64,000 bases of DNA, taken from NCBI GenBank assembly GCA_965249555.1, contig OZ252243.1, positions 1,440,001-1,504,000 on the forward strand. Reading direction: 5' to 3'. Position numbers and translations under genes: made by a program. Below, piece by piece: positions 31,245 to 41,723 of this stretch (positions are counted from its first letter, which is position 1; each line of letters begins with the position of its first letter). This DNA comes from Nitrosopumilus sp. (lineage in GTDB: Archaea > Thermoproteota > Nitrososphaeria > Nitrososphaerales > Nitrosopumilaceae). The notes below the pieces were generated by a model, which did not search any database, was not told the DNA's origin, and was given only the letters and a program-made list of their open reading frames with translations.

Positions 31245-32588
31245 TTGTTAAATGATAACATGCAAAACATTCTGCTTCAATTAGATTCAAATGGAATTCA
31301 AAGCACGCTTAACAACACTGTTACCAGTTTAATTGAACAGATTACCCCTGAACTTCCTCATACTAGTTTCATTACTGATTTGGCTTTTATCATGATAATT
31401 GGTGCTGTAGTTACACTAGCATTTTTTAAAATAAAACAACCTTTGATCATTGGTTATCTATTTGCAGGAATGCTGATTGGTCCTCTGTCTCCATTATGGT
31501 CCTGGATTTTACCTGAAGGAGGTCCTACTGATGTTGTTTCAGGAAGTGTAGGAATTTTATCTGATATTGAGGCATTGAATCTTTTTGCTGAAATTGGTGT
31601 CATCTTACTTCTTTTTGTAATCGGTATTGAATTTCCCTATTCAAAAATCAAAACAATTGGTCGTAAGGCAGTTGGAATTGGAACTATAGGGTTGTTTTCA
31701 ACAATGGGTGTCATATTTTACACTGCCACCGTACTCGGATTGGCATTCATGGATGCGTTGTTTATTTCAGCCGCACTATCAATATCAAGTACTGCAATCA
31801 TTGTTAAAATTCTTGAGGATACAGGAAAAATCAAAAAAGAATCTTCTTTGCTTGTTTTAGGCATTTTAATTGTTGAAGATGTAATTGCCGTAATTCTAAT
31901 TTCCTCATTACAGTCTATTGCATTAGTTGGAACTGTATCAATTGAATCTATTATTGCAGTAGTGACAGTTGCAATTGCTCTTATTGTTGGAACCTTTACT
32001 ATTGGAACTCGTTTAATCCCTCCACTAATTGATAGAGTTGCAGCAACCGAACATCGTGAAATTCTGCTACTCAGCGTTCTTGGACTTTGCTTTGGATATT
32101 CCTTATTTGCAAACATTGTAGGATTGTCTGTAGCAATTGGGGCATTTTTGGCAGGTGTGCTTGTTGCTGAATCAAAATCAGCCGAAATCTCAAAACTTCT
32201 TTCAAGCCCAATTAAAGACATGTTTGTAGCCATATTCTTTATCTCAGTTGGTGCGCTGATGGATGTCTCCCAGCTTGAAAATTATATTGGTATAGCTATT
32301 GTTTTGATTGCAGTTTCTGTTGGCATGAAGTTTGGAGGTAATATGCTTGGGAATATCATATTTAGACAAAAACGTGGTAAAGCACTTCGTTCTGCATTTT
32401 CCTTAGCTGCACCTAGGGGTGAATTCTCAATTGTAATTGTGAAGGTTGGAGTAGACATGGGTGCAGTCAGTGCTTTCTTGTTCCCATTGGTTGGTATGAT
32501 TTCTATAATAACTGCAATTATTACTCCCTTTTTGATAAAAGCTGGAGATAGAGTAATTCCTGTTGTGGAGAAGAAAGAAAATGCCTGA
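31245..32588 (+). CDS. cation:proton antiporter, CPA2 family
   Basis: GVILLLFVIGIE, SSTAI, LIVEDV, GAFLAG and RGEFS motifs. Confidence 0.93.
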   Translation: MLNDNMQNILLQLDSNGIQSTLNNTVTSLIEQITPELPHTSFITDLAFIMIIGAVVTLAFFKIKQPLIIGYLFAGMLIGPLSPLWSWILPEGGPTDVVSGSVGILSDIEALNLFAEIGVILLLFVIGIEFPYSKIKTIGRKAVGIGTIGLFSTMGVIFYTATVLGLAFMDALFISAALSISSTAIIVKILEDTGKIKKESSLLVLGILIVEDVIAVILISSLQSIALVGTVSIESIIAVVTVAIALIVGTFTIGTRLIPPLIDRVAATEHREILLLSVLGLCFGYSLFANIVGLSVAIGAFLAGVLVAESKSAEISKLLSSPIKDMFVAIFFISVGALMDVSQLENYIGIAIVLIAVSVGMKFGGNMLGNIIFRQKRGKALRSAFSLAAPRGEFSIVIVKVGVDMGAVSAFLFPLVGMISIITAIITPFLIKAGDRVIPVVEKKENA

Positions 32589-33012
32589 TGAGTTGGAAAA
32601 ATTATTAGAACAAGTTCATGATGGAATTACCACTTTTGATTTTGATGGTAATACCACTCCTTGTATTATAATTGAAGAGAAAAAATATGATGAAATGTTA
32701 TCAAAAGTTGCTGGAGCATCTTTATCGATTAACACTGATCTAAATATTTTACAAGATGGCCTGGGAAATGTTTTTGTTGAAGTTGTTTTGATATTTTCAA
32801 GAGGAAATATTGTTGAAAAATTTATAGTTAATGCAAAAACTGATCTTATATTCTTTGAATCTCTTGCAAAAACGTTCATGCTTGCGCTTTCTTCTCCACA
32901 TTCTCAATATGGAAAAGAAAATGTGTTTATGATCCAGTTACCTCGTCCAGAAAAGGCTCAAGATGCACTTGAAATTATTCGAAATGCATTGCTGCCAAAA
33001 AATCAAAAATAG
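32581..33012 (+). CDS. hypothetical protein
   Basis: ATG at 32581 overlapping the antiporter stop. Confidence 0.7.
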   Translation: MPDELEKLLEQVHDGITTFDFDGNTTPCIIIEEKKYDEMLSKVAGASLSINTDLNILQDGLGNVFVEVVLIFSRGNIVEKFIVNAKTDLIFFESLAKTFMLALSSPHSQYGKENVFMIQLPRPEKAQDALEIIRNALLPKNQK

Positions 33013-33014
33013 AG

Positions 33015-33088
33015 TGCAGTTACCGGGATTTGAACCCGGGTCACTAACTTGGCAAGCTAGAATATTAACCAAACTGTACTATAACTGC
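33015..33088 (-). tRNA. tRNA-Gly(GCC)
   Basis: GCAGTTA/TAACTGC acceptor stem, anticodon arm CTAGC-TTGCCAA-GTTAG, T arm CCGGG-TTCAAAT-CCCGG; CCA not encoded. Confidence 0.96.
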
Positions 33089-33130
33089 AACAATCCTAGA
33101 GGCTGATTTTGGATATTAAACTGTTTTTTT

Positions 33131-33643
33131 GTATGAATCAAGCACTTAGATGTATTTTGCCATCTCAGAAAACATGTTCAATTCCCTTATTCTCCATGTC
33201 TCAAAGCATGTAAGACCGAGATCACCCTCATGCCCTGACTACTCTTCATCTGCCCGCGAACATTCCTCTGCATCACGCACTTTCGAATGGAATTCTCTGC
33301 ATCATTGTTAGTTGATGGAACATCGCCATCCATGACAAACGTAAACATGCTGTTCCTTGCAGTCTTTAGCTTCTTGCCAAACTGAACCATTTCCGTATCA
33401 CCTTTCAAATATCGTGCAATGATACGGTCTGTCTGTTTTAGTAAATCATTCCTGTACGTTTCCCGCCGTTTTGCATAACGATTACTCACACTCCAAATCC
33501 TGGCATGACCTAGCATCTCTGAGAATTTCTCATATAGAATCCTGGCCTTTTTGTCTTTTGATTTTATTGCCAGATATTTGGCATCGCGCTGCAGGTGTGC
33601 AGTGCATCTCTGCTTTGTGTTATCACAAAATACGGTCCTGTAC
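33131..33643 (-). pseudogene. truncated inverted copy of the IS66-family element (3' part)
   Basis: Highly similar to ~35186-35701, including the right end GTATGAATCAAGCAC; small deletion frameshifts the C-terminus. Confidence 0.92.
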
Positions 33644-33968
33644 CATTGTTTTAATACTAATCTTCTTTTTTGGAACAGATTTTAATGAGACAAACGTGAA
33701 TAGTATATGTCAGGTAATGTCTAATGGATAAAGCACAAAAAAAGAGAATTAAGGCTTTGTATGGTTGTGATGAAAAAATCACATCATATTTGATTCATTC
33801 TGGCACTAAAATTGGTAACACAACAAAATCCAAATTAGAACAAGGAAACGTAGACGAATTAGAAACCTAAACAATCATCTCCGCCAAAAATGAACAAAAT
33901 CATACGTGGAATTTTTGAAGCTTATTAAATTAATAAAGTAATAAATATCATATAATTCTAATCACATC

Positions 33969-34196
33969 ATGGAATGGTTTGATTATCTAAAAGAAAAATG
34001 CATTGATTGTTACAACTTGAATAAAGATACAGAGCCAGAAACAATTCCATTTGTTCCTGATAATGTACCAATTAAGAAAGGCACTATTGCAGAATTTTTT
34101 AAAGATAAGAAAATTTTGATTTCATTGTATTGTGAAGAGCATCAAAAAAAAATAGATAGTCTCATTAATTTTGTTGAACCTTTTAAATCAAAATGA
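33969..34196 (+). CDS. small Cys-containing hypothetical protein
   Basis: 75 aa with CxxC…CxxH; TATA-like sequence upstream. Confidence 0.55.
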   Translation: MEWFDYLKEKCIDCYNLNKDTEPETIPFVPDNVPIKKGTIAEFFKDKKILISLYCEEHQKKIDSLINFVEPFKSK

Positions 34197-34238
34197 ACTA
34201 CACTAAAAGTATCTCTTTGTTTTTTAGAAAATTTTTTC

Positions 34239-35701
34239 GTATGTATCAACCTTCACGCACAAATCAACACTATTACACAAAAAGATCTAAGATCAACTAA
34301 ATCATCATACAAAACATGTCAGGTTGTGGTCATGAGAAAATCATCATACAGCTACAAAAAAAGACAAAACAACAAGACGAAGTGATAAAACAACTACAAG
34401 CAGAGTCAAAACAACAAAAACTAATCATAGAGAATCTCATAGAATCAAACAAGGAACTGCAAAAAAAGCTGTCATATTATGAGAATGCGCACTCTCCGCC
34501 ATCAAAGAATTCCCTTGAATGGAGAAAGCAAAAAAGACAACACAGACAGCCAGGCAAATCAAGACGTGGTGGAATAGCAGGACACGTTGGCAAGACACAG
34601 AAATTCAGACCAACTAGCACCAAACACCACAGATCAGATGCATGTCCTAAATGCGGTAGTGAAAATATTCATCAAACCAAAACCTGCAAAAGGATAATGG
34701 TTGAGATTCCTCCACCAACACCCTACGGTATAACTGAGCATGTTTTGAATCAATACATCTGCATGGACTGTTCTGATAATTTTCAAACCACGGGAAACCT
34801 TCCATCACATGGATGTTTTGATGGTTCAGTGATACGTGAGGTAGTCTCACTGTTCTCAAAGAGATTGACATACGATGCTATCAGAGCCACACTCTATGAA
34901 AGATATGGATTAGAAATCAGCAATACAACCGTACAATCCATTCTTCGCAACGGTAGTGTGATGTTAGAGTCATTTTACAATACAATCCACAGCGAAATCG
35001 TGACTGAAAAGATTCTCGGAATCGATGAGACAGGATTTTCAATTGATGGAGATACTGGATGGATGTGGGTTGCAAGAAGCAAGACTAGTGCACAGTATGC
35101 CTTGGAGTACAGCAGAGGTGCCAATGTTCTAAAAAAGTACTGGAAGAAATTCAAAGGAACCCTAGTGTCTGACGGATATGCTCCGTACAGGACAGTATTT
35201 TGTGATAACACAAAGCAGAGATGCACCGCACACCTGCAGCGCGATGCCAAATATCTGGCAATAAAATCAAAGGACAAAAAGGCCAGGATTCTATATGAGA
35301 AACTCTCAGGGATGCTAGGTCATGCCAGGGTTTGGAGTGTAGGTAATCGTCATACAAAACGGCGGGAAACGTACAGGAATGATTTACTAAAACAGCTGGA
35401 CCGTATCATTGCACGATATTTGAAAGGTGATACGGAGATGGTTCAGTTTGGCAAGAAGCTAAAGACTGCAAGGAACAGCATGTTTACGTTTGTCATGGAT
35501 GGTGATGTCCCGTCAACTAACAATGATGCAGAGAATTCCATTCGAAAGTGCGTGATGCAGAGGAATGTTCGCGGGCAGATGAAGAGTGATCAGGGCATGA
35601 GGATGATCTCAGTCTTTCTCACATGCTTTGAGACATGGAGAATAAGGGAATTGAACATGTTTTCTGAGATGGCAAAATACATCTAAGTGCTTAATACATA
35701 C
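34239..35701 (+). mobile_element. complete single-ORF IS66-family element (ISBst12-like)
   Basis: Imperfect TIRs GTATGTATCAAC / GTATGTATTAAG; 8-bp target duplication ATTTTTTC at 34231-34238 and 35702-35709; 1463 bp. Confidence 0.92.
34316..35686 (+). CDS. IS66-family transposase
   Basis: Coiled coil, SPPS, CPKC…CMDC, IDETG, VSDGY, QRCTAHLQR and TNNDAENSIR motifs. Confidence 0.95.
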   Translation: MSGCGHEKIIIQLQKKTKQQDEVIKQLQAESKQQKLIIENLIESNKELQKKLSYYENAHSPPSKNSLEWRKQKRQHRQPGKSRRGGIAGHVGKTQKFRPTSTKHHRSDACPKCGSENIHQTKTCKRIMVEIPPPTPYGITEHVLNQYICMDCSDNFQTTGNLPSHGCFDGSVIREVVSLFSKRLTYDAIRATLYERYGLEISNTTVQSILRNGSVMLESFYNTIHSEIVTEKILGIDETGFSIDGDTGWMWVARSKTSAQYALEYSRGANVLKKYWKKFKGTLVSDGYAPYRTVFCDNTKQRCTAHLQRDAKYLAIKSKDKKARILYEKLSGMLGHARVWSVGNRHTKRRETYRNDLLKQLDRIIARYLKGDTEMVQFGKKLKTARNSMFTFVMDGDVPSTNNDAENSIRKCVMQRNVRGQMKSDQGMRMISVFLTCFETWRIRELNMFSEMAKYI

Positions 35702-35806
35702 ATTTTTTCTTAGTTTTAAGATTAACAACAAATTTGTTTGCTTTGACAATTTCATCTTTACAAGTGCCAACTATTAGAGCAATTACACTTTTGTGATTGC
35801 ATTTCT

Positions 35807-36106
35807 TTATGCAGTTAGCGGTAAGAGATCTATTTGAACTCCAAGGGGAGTTTCCAAACTGACTAAATCTTTTGCATCTGTAAGAATACCTTCAATGGAA
35901 AGAGAATATATTTTGAGATCTTCATTATCACAACCACGTAGATTTGGTTGGTTCTTAATCAAACCATCTTCTTTTATTGGATCGCCATTAACAATAATAT
36001 CAAATTTATGAGAATGTTTTACAATTGTCTTTACAGCGCTTTTAACATTGGATTCATTATAGCCAGTAAATGCTATTTGCATTAGTTTTTGCATTTTACT
36101 TCTCAT
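35807..36106 (-). CDS. hypothetical protein, possibly uS10-like fold
   Basis: 99 aa; C-terminus LVSLETPLGVQIDL resembles the uS10 terminus. Confidence 0.5.
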   Translation of the reverse strand: MRSKMQKLMQIAFTGYNESNVKSAVKTIVKHSHKFDIIVNGDPIKEDGLIKNQPNLRGCDNEDLKIYSLSIEGILTDAKDLVSLETPLGVQIDLLPLTA

Positions 36107-36146
36107 CTTTTTATTTCTGGTACGTTTAAAGATATTGTTTTCAGGT

Positions 36147-36310
36147 ACTGTTAACTTTACGGGATCTCTCCAAATTGCTGTTAAGTCGAGACCTATGAAT
36201 TTTCTCCTGATTTTTCAAGACTGTTAACTTTGTGATCTAATACAAGTCCGATTTGAAAGGGATTCAGACGTGAGTATATGAAAATAGATTAACTGTTAAC
36301 TTTGTGATCT
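36147..36310 (+). repeat. three ACTGTTAACTTT(GTGATCT) motifs spaced 73 and 72 bp
   Basis: Copies start at 36147, 36220 and 36292. Confidence 0.8.
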
Positions 36311-36333
36311 GATAATCGTGTAAAAATTTGGAT

Positions 36334-36764
36334 TTAATCTAGAGATGCTTGTTCCCACTGCTGTCGGCTTGGAACCCAAATAAATCCCCTTAATGACAGA
36401 ATATCGTTAATTCTTCTCCAATATTTTTTGTCAATCCAATCAGTTATCGGAATAACGGCTATTTTATTTTCATTTTCGTTAATCTTGACATATTTGCATA
36501 GTTTGCCTAAATTTCCAGATATGCTATTCATATGTATCTCCTTGGATAGAGGCACTCATACAAGTAATCATATTGCAGATCTTTGTTTTTGAGTAATTTG
36601 TGATATTTTTGCATCGTATCGTAAGCGTATTTGGAATCCAAGCCAACATCGTAAATAATTGTTAAAGAACCATTGGAATCCAAATTTAAGAAGAATTGTG
36701 TTGATCTCTGCCCATACAGCATTACCAATTCATCCCTTTGGCTTAATCTGCATGCATCCATCAT
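36334..36764 (-). pseudogene. probably frameshifted hypothetical gene
   Basis: Two overlapping short ORFs, 36528..36764 and 36334..36555, on the same strand. Confidence 0.4.
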
Positions 36765-36841
36765 TACATGTTATCTCTACATATTTTATGAGTTCTCCCA
36801 ATATGGAAGAAGGTTCAGTACTCTTTGTTGATTTATGTCTG

Positions 36842-37798
36842 TTAGAGGCAGCTGCATTTATGAGACTGATATTTTTTTGAAATGTCTACATTGTCAAGAC
36901 CTGCAACAAATGCTGGTGTCTTTCCCTCAAGACCCATATGTGGTCTTACAAAGTTATGATGTATTCTAAGCAAGTCTGCATAGATCTGAGATGAATCATC
37001 ATTGTCTAATCCCCTGCGCACCTTCAGATTGGCAGATATTTCATTTGATATTTTTGTAGCCAAAAGAAATCGTGTTTTAGGATCAATTGCAGACCAAAGC
37101 CAATTATAGTATCCTTTCTTTGAAATAGGTTCAGTTTTTCTTACATTGATCATCTTTTCATCAACTGACCAAGCATTACCAATTGTAGGTTTGAGTGTAT
37201 CCACATATTCTTTAATTGTAATGCTATATTTTTTTATCCAGTATCCTATAGTCACATGAGATATCCGTATCCCTCTTACATTTGAGAGATGTTCTGCTGT
37301 GTTGCGCAAAGACATTCCAGACATGATCAAATTTAATGCCTCTGAGATCATACTTGGCTCAAATTTTACTTTTGCAAATCCACTTTCAGAATTTGTAAAT
37401 TTTCTGTCACAGTCTTTACACCCATATATTTGTAATTTTCCCCTATACTTGGTTTTTCTAAATCCTTTTTTGACTATTTTTGTAGATGAACAATATACAC
37501 ATATTGAAGGAATTTCTAACATTGGTTTTTTAAAATTCGATGTTACATCCTGTGAACCATGTAAAAACTCATGTACATACAGTATGTGACTGCATCTCTT
37601 ATCATCATTTCCACTTCGTAATCTGTCAATAAAATCATAGCATTGGCATGTCCACACATCAGATTTTAGCGTCTTTGTCACAGTATACCTCATTTGGTTT
37701 TTCTGAGAATCTACTTGATAGCGATTATTGTTAATACGTTTCACTGTATAATGCTTAAAGGCGTTTTTCTGTACCGTCTGTGTATGTTGTTTTACCAT
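36842..37798 (-). pseudogene. IS6-like DDE transposase with SWIM and Zn-ribbon domains, internally deleted
   Basis: CQC…CSH (SWIM), CVYC…CKDC, HTH, WSVDEK and HHNFVRPHMGLEGKTPA are present; the segment carrying the second D and the E is missing. Confidence 0.85.
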
Positions 37799-37885
37799 AT
37801 TACCATTATACCATATAATTAAAAGGTATAAAAAGATAATGGTAATTACCGCCAAATTTAATTATGAGGTAGATTGACACTTGTT

Positions 37886-38032
37886 ATGGGAGAGAAGGCC
37901 AAGACCTCGATTAACGTGGACAAGGACATCTGGGTCAGGTGGATCAAGTTTGTTGTAAACAAGACAGGCTCTGCACGCAAGATAAGCGAAGAACTAGAAA
38001 AAGCTATACTGGAATATATGAAGCGAAAATAA
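37886..38032 (+). CDS. ribbon-helix-helix protein (48 aa)
   Basis: Read manually as MGEKAKTSINVDKDIWVRWIKFVVNKTGSARKISEELEKAILEYMKRK*; divergent from the transposase. Confidence 0.75.
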   Translation: MGEKAKTSINVDKDIWVRWIKFVVNKTGSARKISEELEKAILEYMKRK

Positions 38033-38259
38033 GCATCTTGAAAGTTTTGATACACATTATTCTAATGTGTCATTTGATTGATTTTATTATTTTTATTTCA
38101 TCTTCTCCTACATTTGATTTAGGTTAATTTTGATTAGTTTAATTTTAATTTATTTCATCAATTTAATTTATAAGTCGACTCATGTATTTGAGAGAAAATT
38201 GTTGTAGAGAAGGGTTTGGTTTCAATCTTTATCCATTTTTTTTCTTCTATAAAAAATCG

Positions 38260-41200
38260 TTAAATTTTTTCGTATTCTATTAATACTTGATTTTTAAATT
38301 CCTTTGCAACAATAGGAAAATTATCTAGAATATATCCCAAGTTTTCTTTTGATATATTGCAAATTTTTGTAGCATATGCATTAATTTGTGCCATCAATTC
38401 ATTTCGTTCAATTTCATTAGTTACTACATCATTGATTTTGAGTTCATTTTTTATATCTTCATACTCTTGTGTGATACAAATTAATCTTGCAACTCTATTA
38501 GCAATTTCCAGAAGTAATGGATCATCCTCTGTTAATTTTGGAACTGTAATTTCTTTAACATAAAACATGTTAACGTTAATTGCAACTTTATGTCTAATCA
38601 AAAAATCAATAACAAATGAATTTAGCATTCCACATAAGTAAAGTAATTCTTTATAACTCAAAAACTTTTCAAATTTTGAACCATTAAAAAATATTGGTCT
38701 TATGTAATTTAATGAATTTCCTAAATATACATTTGGAGGTAAAATGGTACAGATTAATGTACGCTGATTTGTTGCATTACTTATCAGTCTCCATCCAATT
38801 CGGAAATGATCAGCAGGGATTTGTAGTTGTATGGATTTAGATTTTTTATTATTTTTACTCAAGATTCTATTTACTTTTGTTTTTTCTCTACTTGAAATTG
38901 CATTTCGAGCTTTTCCAAAATCTATCCAGTATCTTGGTTTTTTAAAAGTATGTGTAAATTGATGAATCATTTTCCCTTCAAATAAAACAGCTCCATTTCC
39001 TTCAGTATTAAAAATAGGAGCATCATCTGTCATGTTAAATTCTCGTTGAAATTCTAAACCCCATTCAGGATATGATAAAGCTGAAAACTCGCTCATCTTT
39101 TTGAAAATCTCTACATCTTTTTTATTACTACATTCAATAATTGATAGAGCAATTGGGGAAAGTTTTCTTACAATTTCAATATCATAATCTATAGATTCTG
39201 TTTTCATTCTTGAGAGTTGATCTGCATCTTGAAGATAAAATGCAGATTTGAAAACAGATGTTTTGGATCCTTTTGAGAAAATCAATGTAATAAATTTGAA
39301 TTGTCTGTGTATTTCTTTAAAAATTCCCTTTCTATTTTCAAACCCATAAAGTGAAATAATTTTATTTTTATTGAACAACATATTTCGTAATCCATTAGAA
39401 CCTAAATCAGTATATATTCCAGAAGGTAAAATAACACCTGCAATGCCATTTTTTTTCAAGAGGTGATAATATTTTTCAACAAATAATTGATATAGATTAG
39501 ATTTGATCTTATTTCGTTTAACAGCTATTTGTGGAATCTGATATGTATATTGTGAACTATTTTTAAAAAATTCTTGTTGAATGTCTATGTCACTATTGTA
39601 TTTTTTCCAATTACTTGAAATTTCTGAATTCTCTAACAGTTTTTTAATAATTTCATTTTTCTCAGATTTTTTCAGCGATGTAAATTTTTGTAATTTATCT
39701 GAATTATGTAATAAGCCAAAAAATTCATTAATATTTGGTTCTAAAATCTCCCAAGGCGGATTCCCAACCACAGCATCAAATCCAGGATTTTTCTTCCGTT
39801 TCCCATTTTCATCATAAAAGATGTCAGGAAACTCCAAGTCCCAATGGAAGAACGAATGCTCTGAGGCAGTTTCCTTAACCTGTTGCCATCTCTCATCGGA
39901 ATAAAAGTCGAGGCTGTTCTCGCCGATTTTTGTGACAAAATCACCTATCGGAGGCACATCTACATCAAATGACTTGGCCAGTTTGGCATCTAGTAGGAAC
40001 TTTAGATCATAGTATACGGTTCCTTTTGACTGCATGCTGCCATATTTTACAATCTTTGTCTTTACTGCCTGAGCAGTGTCGTCTTCCCATGTCTCAAGCA
40101 TGATGAAATCTCTCACGGTTTTCTTAAAGCGTGTGCGTCCCTTGGTTGATTCCATCAGTGTTGTCTGTTTCTCAAGTATGTCATCAATGCTAGAGCCAAT
40201 CAATGAGTTACCTGATTTTATATGTGCACTCAAAAATGACAATGGTTTTTCAGAAGAAAGGGTTTCAAGCCACAGTGAGACACTGGCAAGATCAACTGCA
40301 AGGGGGTTTATGTCAACCCCATAAATGCACCGTCTGGCAACATCTCTCTTTCTCTCCACAAATGCAAGTTCAGTTATTTCATCTTTGTGTTCTATCTGGC
40401 AGATTCTTCTTGCAATATAGTTTGTTGCACCAACCAGAAAGTGACCGGACCCCATTGCAGGATCCAAGACATTTAGAGCAAGTATTTGATCAACCTGCTC
40501 ACTAGGATCATCTGTTTTCTTTATTATATCATCAATTAATGGACCTATCGCATTTTCCACAATATAGTCTACAATATACTTTGGCGTGTAATAACTTCCA
40601 GTGGATTTTCTTTCTTTTGGATTTGGCAGGTCAGATACTTTGCCGTCTTTTACAGTGAGATGATATTCCAAAAGATGCTCATAAATGGATCCAAGATGAC
40701 GGGTCTCAAGTGCAGCATAGTCTAAAAAGAAATAATTCCCTTTTTTATCTCGGGTTCTAGTCAACAAGCTTATTGCATCAAGAAGATTCTTGTTTGGAAT
40801 CTTCCATTTTTCTAGATTGGAATGGATTTTTCTGTCAAATAATCTTCCATAGTATGAACGCATGGAAAACTTTTTTGGATCATAGTCCAGATCCTCACTA
40901 CCCATCTCAATTAACCTGAATAGTTTTTTCAGTCTTTCATGAACCTGATATTTAACAACATCATGATCAGATTTTAAAATCCATTGTGATTTTATCCATT
41001 TGAGGCTAAAGTTATCGTGATAGAATTTCTCATCTGGAAACACCGAACGGTCTTCTGCATAAAGGACAAACATGATCCTATAAAGTAAAATAAATGAGGG
41101 CTCTCGAATATCTTCAAGTGTTTGTTCATCCAAAGTAAGATTATTTGATTTATCCAAAATAATTCCCTCAGATAATATCTTTAATGCCTCAAACACATTT

Positions 41201-41697
41201 ACTGTTAACTCATCATGAATCTGGATTGCAAATGAATCAAAAGCATCAGATACTTTGGATACAATTGATGATGCAATTGAATCCTCATCAACTCTGATTT
41301 TTTCAAGAAAATCTACAAAAGTTTTTGGAACACCTGTGTCTGACTTGATGTCTATTGGAACATGCCTTGTCTCTGAGAATGATTTTGAGAATTCCTTTGA
41401 AAGGCTTGAAAATACCCACTTGAATCCGCCTGGATTGTGCGAGCATACCATGGCAAATCCATGATTGTCTTTGATTATTTTTGTGGAGATTCCTTTCCAT
41501 TCTCTTAAAGAATCTGTGTTTGTCTGGACATAGTAAATTTGATAATCATTTTTGCTTGCAATTATTCTTGCTTCTGAAACTGTTTCCTTTTGCTTGTCAT
41601 TCCAATTGTCCTTATTTACTGGCTTGTCTGCAAAATCAAAGTTTAGTTCTGAAAACAAGTTTCGTAACGAGTTCAGATCTTTTAACCTGTATGCCAA
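38260..41697 (-). CDS. Eco57I/Type IIG-like N6-adenine DNA methyltransferase with C-terminal TRD
   Basis: GSYYTP, LDPAMGSGHFL, IYGVDIN, GNSL, FHWDLEFP and FDAVVGNPPW motifs. Confidence 0.93.
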   Translation of the reverse strand: MAYRLKDLNSLRNLFSELNFDFADKPVNKDNWNDKQKETVSEARIIASKNDYQIYYVQTNTDSLREWKGISTKIIKDNHGFAMVCSHNPGGFKWVFSSLSKEFSKSFSETRHVPIDIKSDTGVPKTFVDFLEKIRVDEDSIASSIVSKVSDAFDSFAIQIHDELTVNVFEALKILSEGIILDKSNNLTLDEQTLEDIREPSFILLYRIMFVLYAEDRSVFPDEKFYHDNFSLKWIKSQWILKSDHDVVKYQVHERLKKLFRLIEMGSEDLDYDPKKFSMRSYYGRLFDRKIHSNLEKWKIPNKNLLDAISLLTRTRDKKGNYFFLDYAALETRHLGSIYEHLLEYHLTVKDGKVSDLPNPKERKSTGSYYTPKYIVDYIVENAIGPLIDDIIKKTDDPSEQVDQILALNVLDPAMGSGHFLVGATNYIARRICQIEHKDEITELAFVERKRDVARRCIYGVDINPLAVDLASVSLWLETLSSEKPLSFLSAHIKSGNSLIGSSIDDILEKQTTLMESTKGRTRFKKTVRDFIMLETWEDDTAQAVKTKIVKYGSMQSKGTVYYDLKFLLDAKLAKSFDVDVPPIGDFVTKIGENSLDFYSDERWQQVKETASEHSFFHWDLEFPDIFYDENGKRKKNPGFDAVVGNPPWEILEPNINEFFGLLHNSDKLQKFTSLKKSEKNEIIKKLLENSEISSNWKKYNSDIDIQQEFFKNSSQYTYQIPQIAVKRNKIKSNLYQLFVEKYYHLLKKNGIAGVILPSGIYTDLGSNGLRNMLFNKNKIISLYGFENRKGIFKEIHRQFKFITLIFSKGSKTSVFKSAFYLQDADQLSRMKTESIDYDIEIVRKLSPIALSIIECSNKKDVEIFKKMSEFSALSYPEWGLEFQREFNMTDDAPIFNTEGNGAVLFEGKMIHQFTHTFKKPRYWIDFGKARNAISSREKTKVNRILSKNNKKSKSIQLQIPADHFRIGWRLISNATNQRTLICTILPPNVYLGNSLNYIRPIFFNGSKFEKFLSYKELLYLCGMLNSFVIDFLIRHKVAINVNMFYVKEITVPKLTEDDPLLLEIANRVARLICITQEYEDIKNELKINDVVTNEIERNELMAQINAYATKICNISKENLGYILDNFPIVAKEFKNQVLIEYEKI
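39753..39942 (-). repeat. 190-bp inverted repeat, copy A (inside the MTase gene)
   Basis: Reverse complement matches 47461-47650 with no mismatch seen. Confidence 0.97.
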
Positions 41698-41723
41698 AGT
41701 TTCTAGTTTTTTATCAGCCAGAT

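Noticed and set aside
33015-33088. Classical tRNA 3'-end att site for island 2
   Set aside because: The island lies on the tRNA's 5' side and I found no duplicated tRNA fragment.
36147-36310. CRISPR mini-array
   Set aside because: Repeats are only 12-19 bp with ~53-bp gaps, three copies, and no cas genes; a transposon end fits better.
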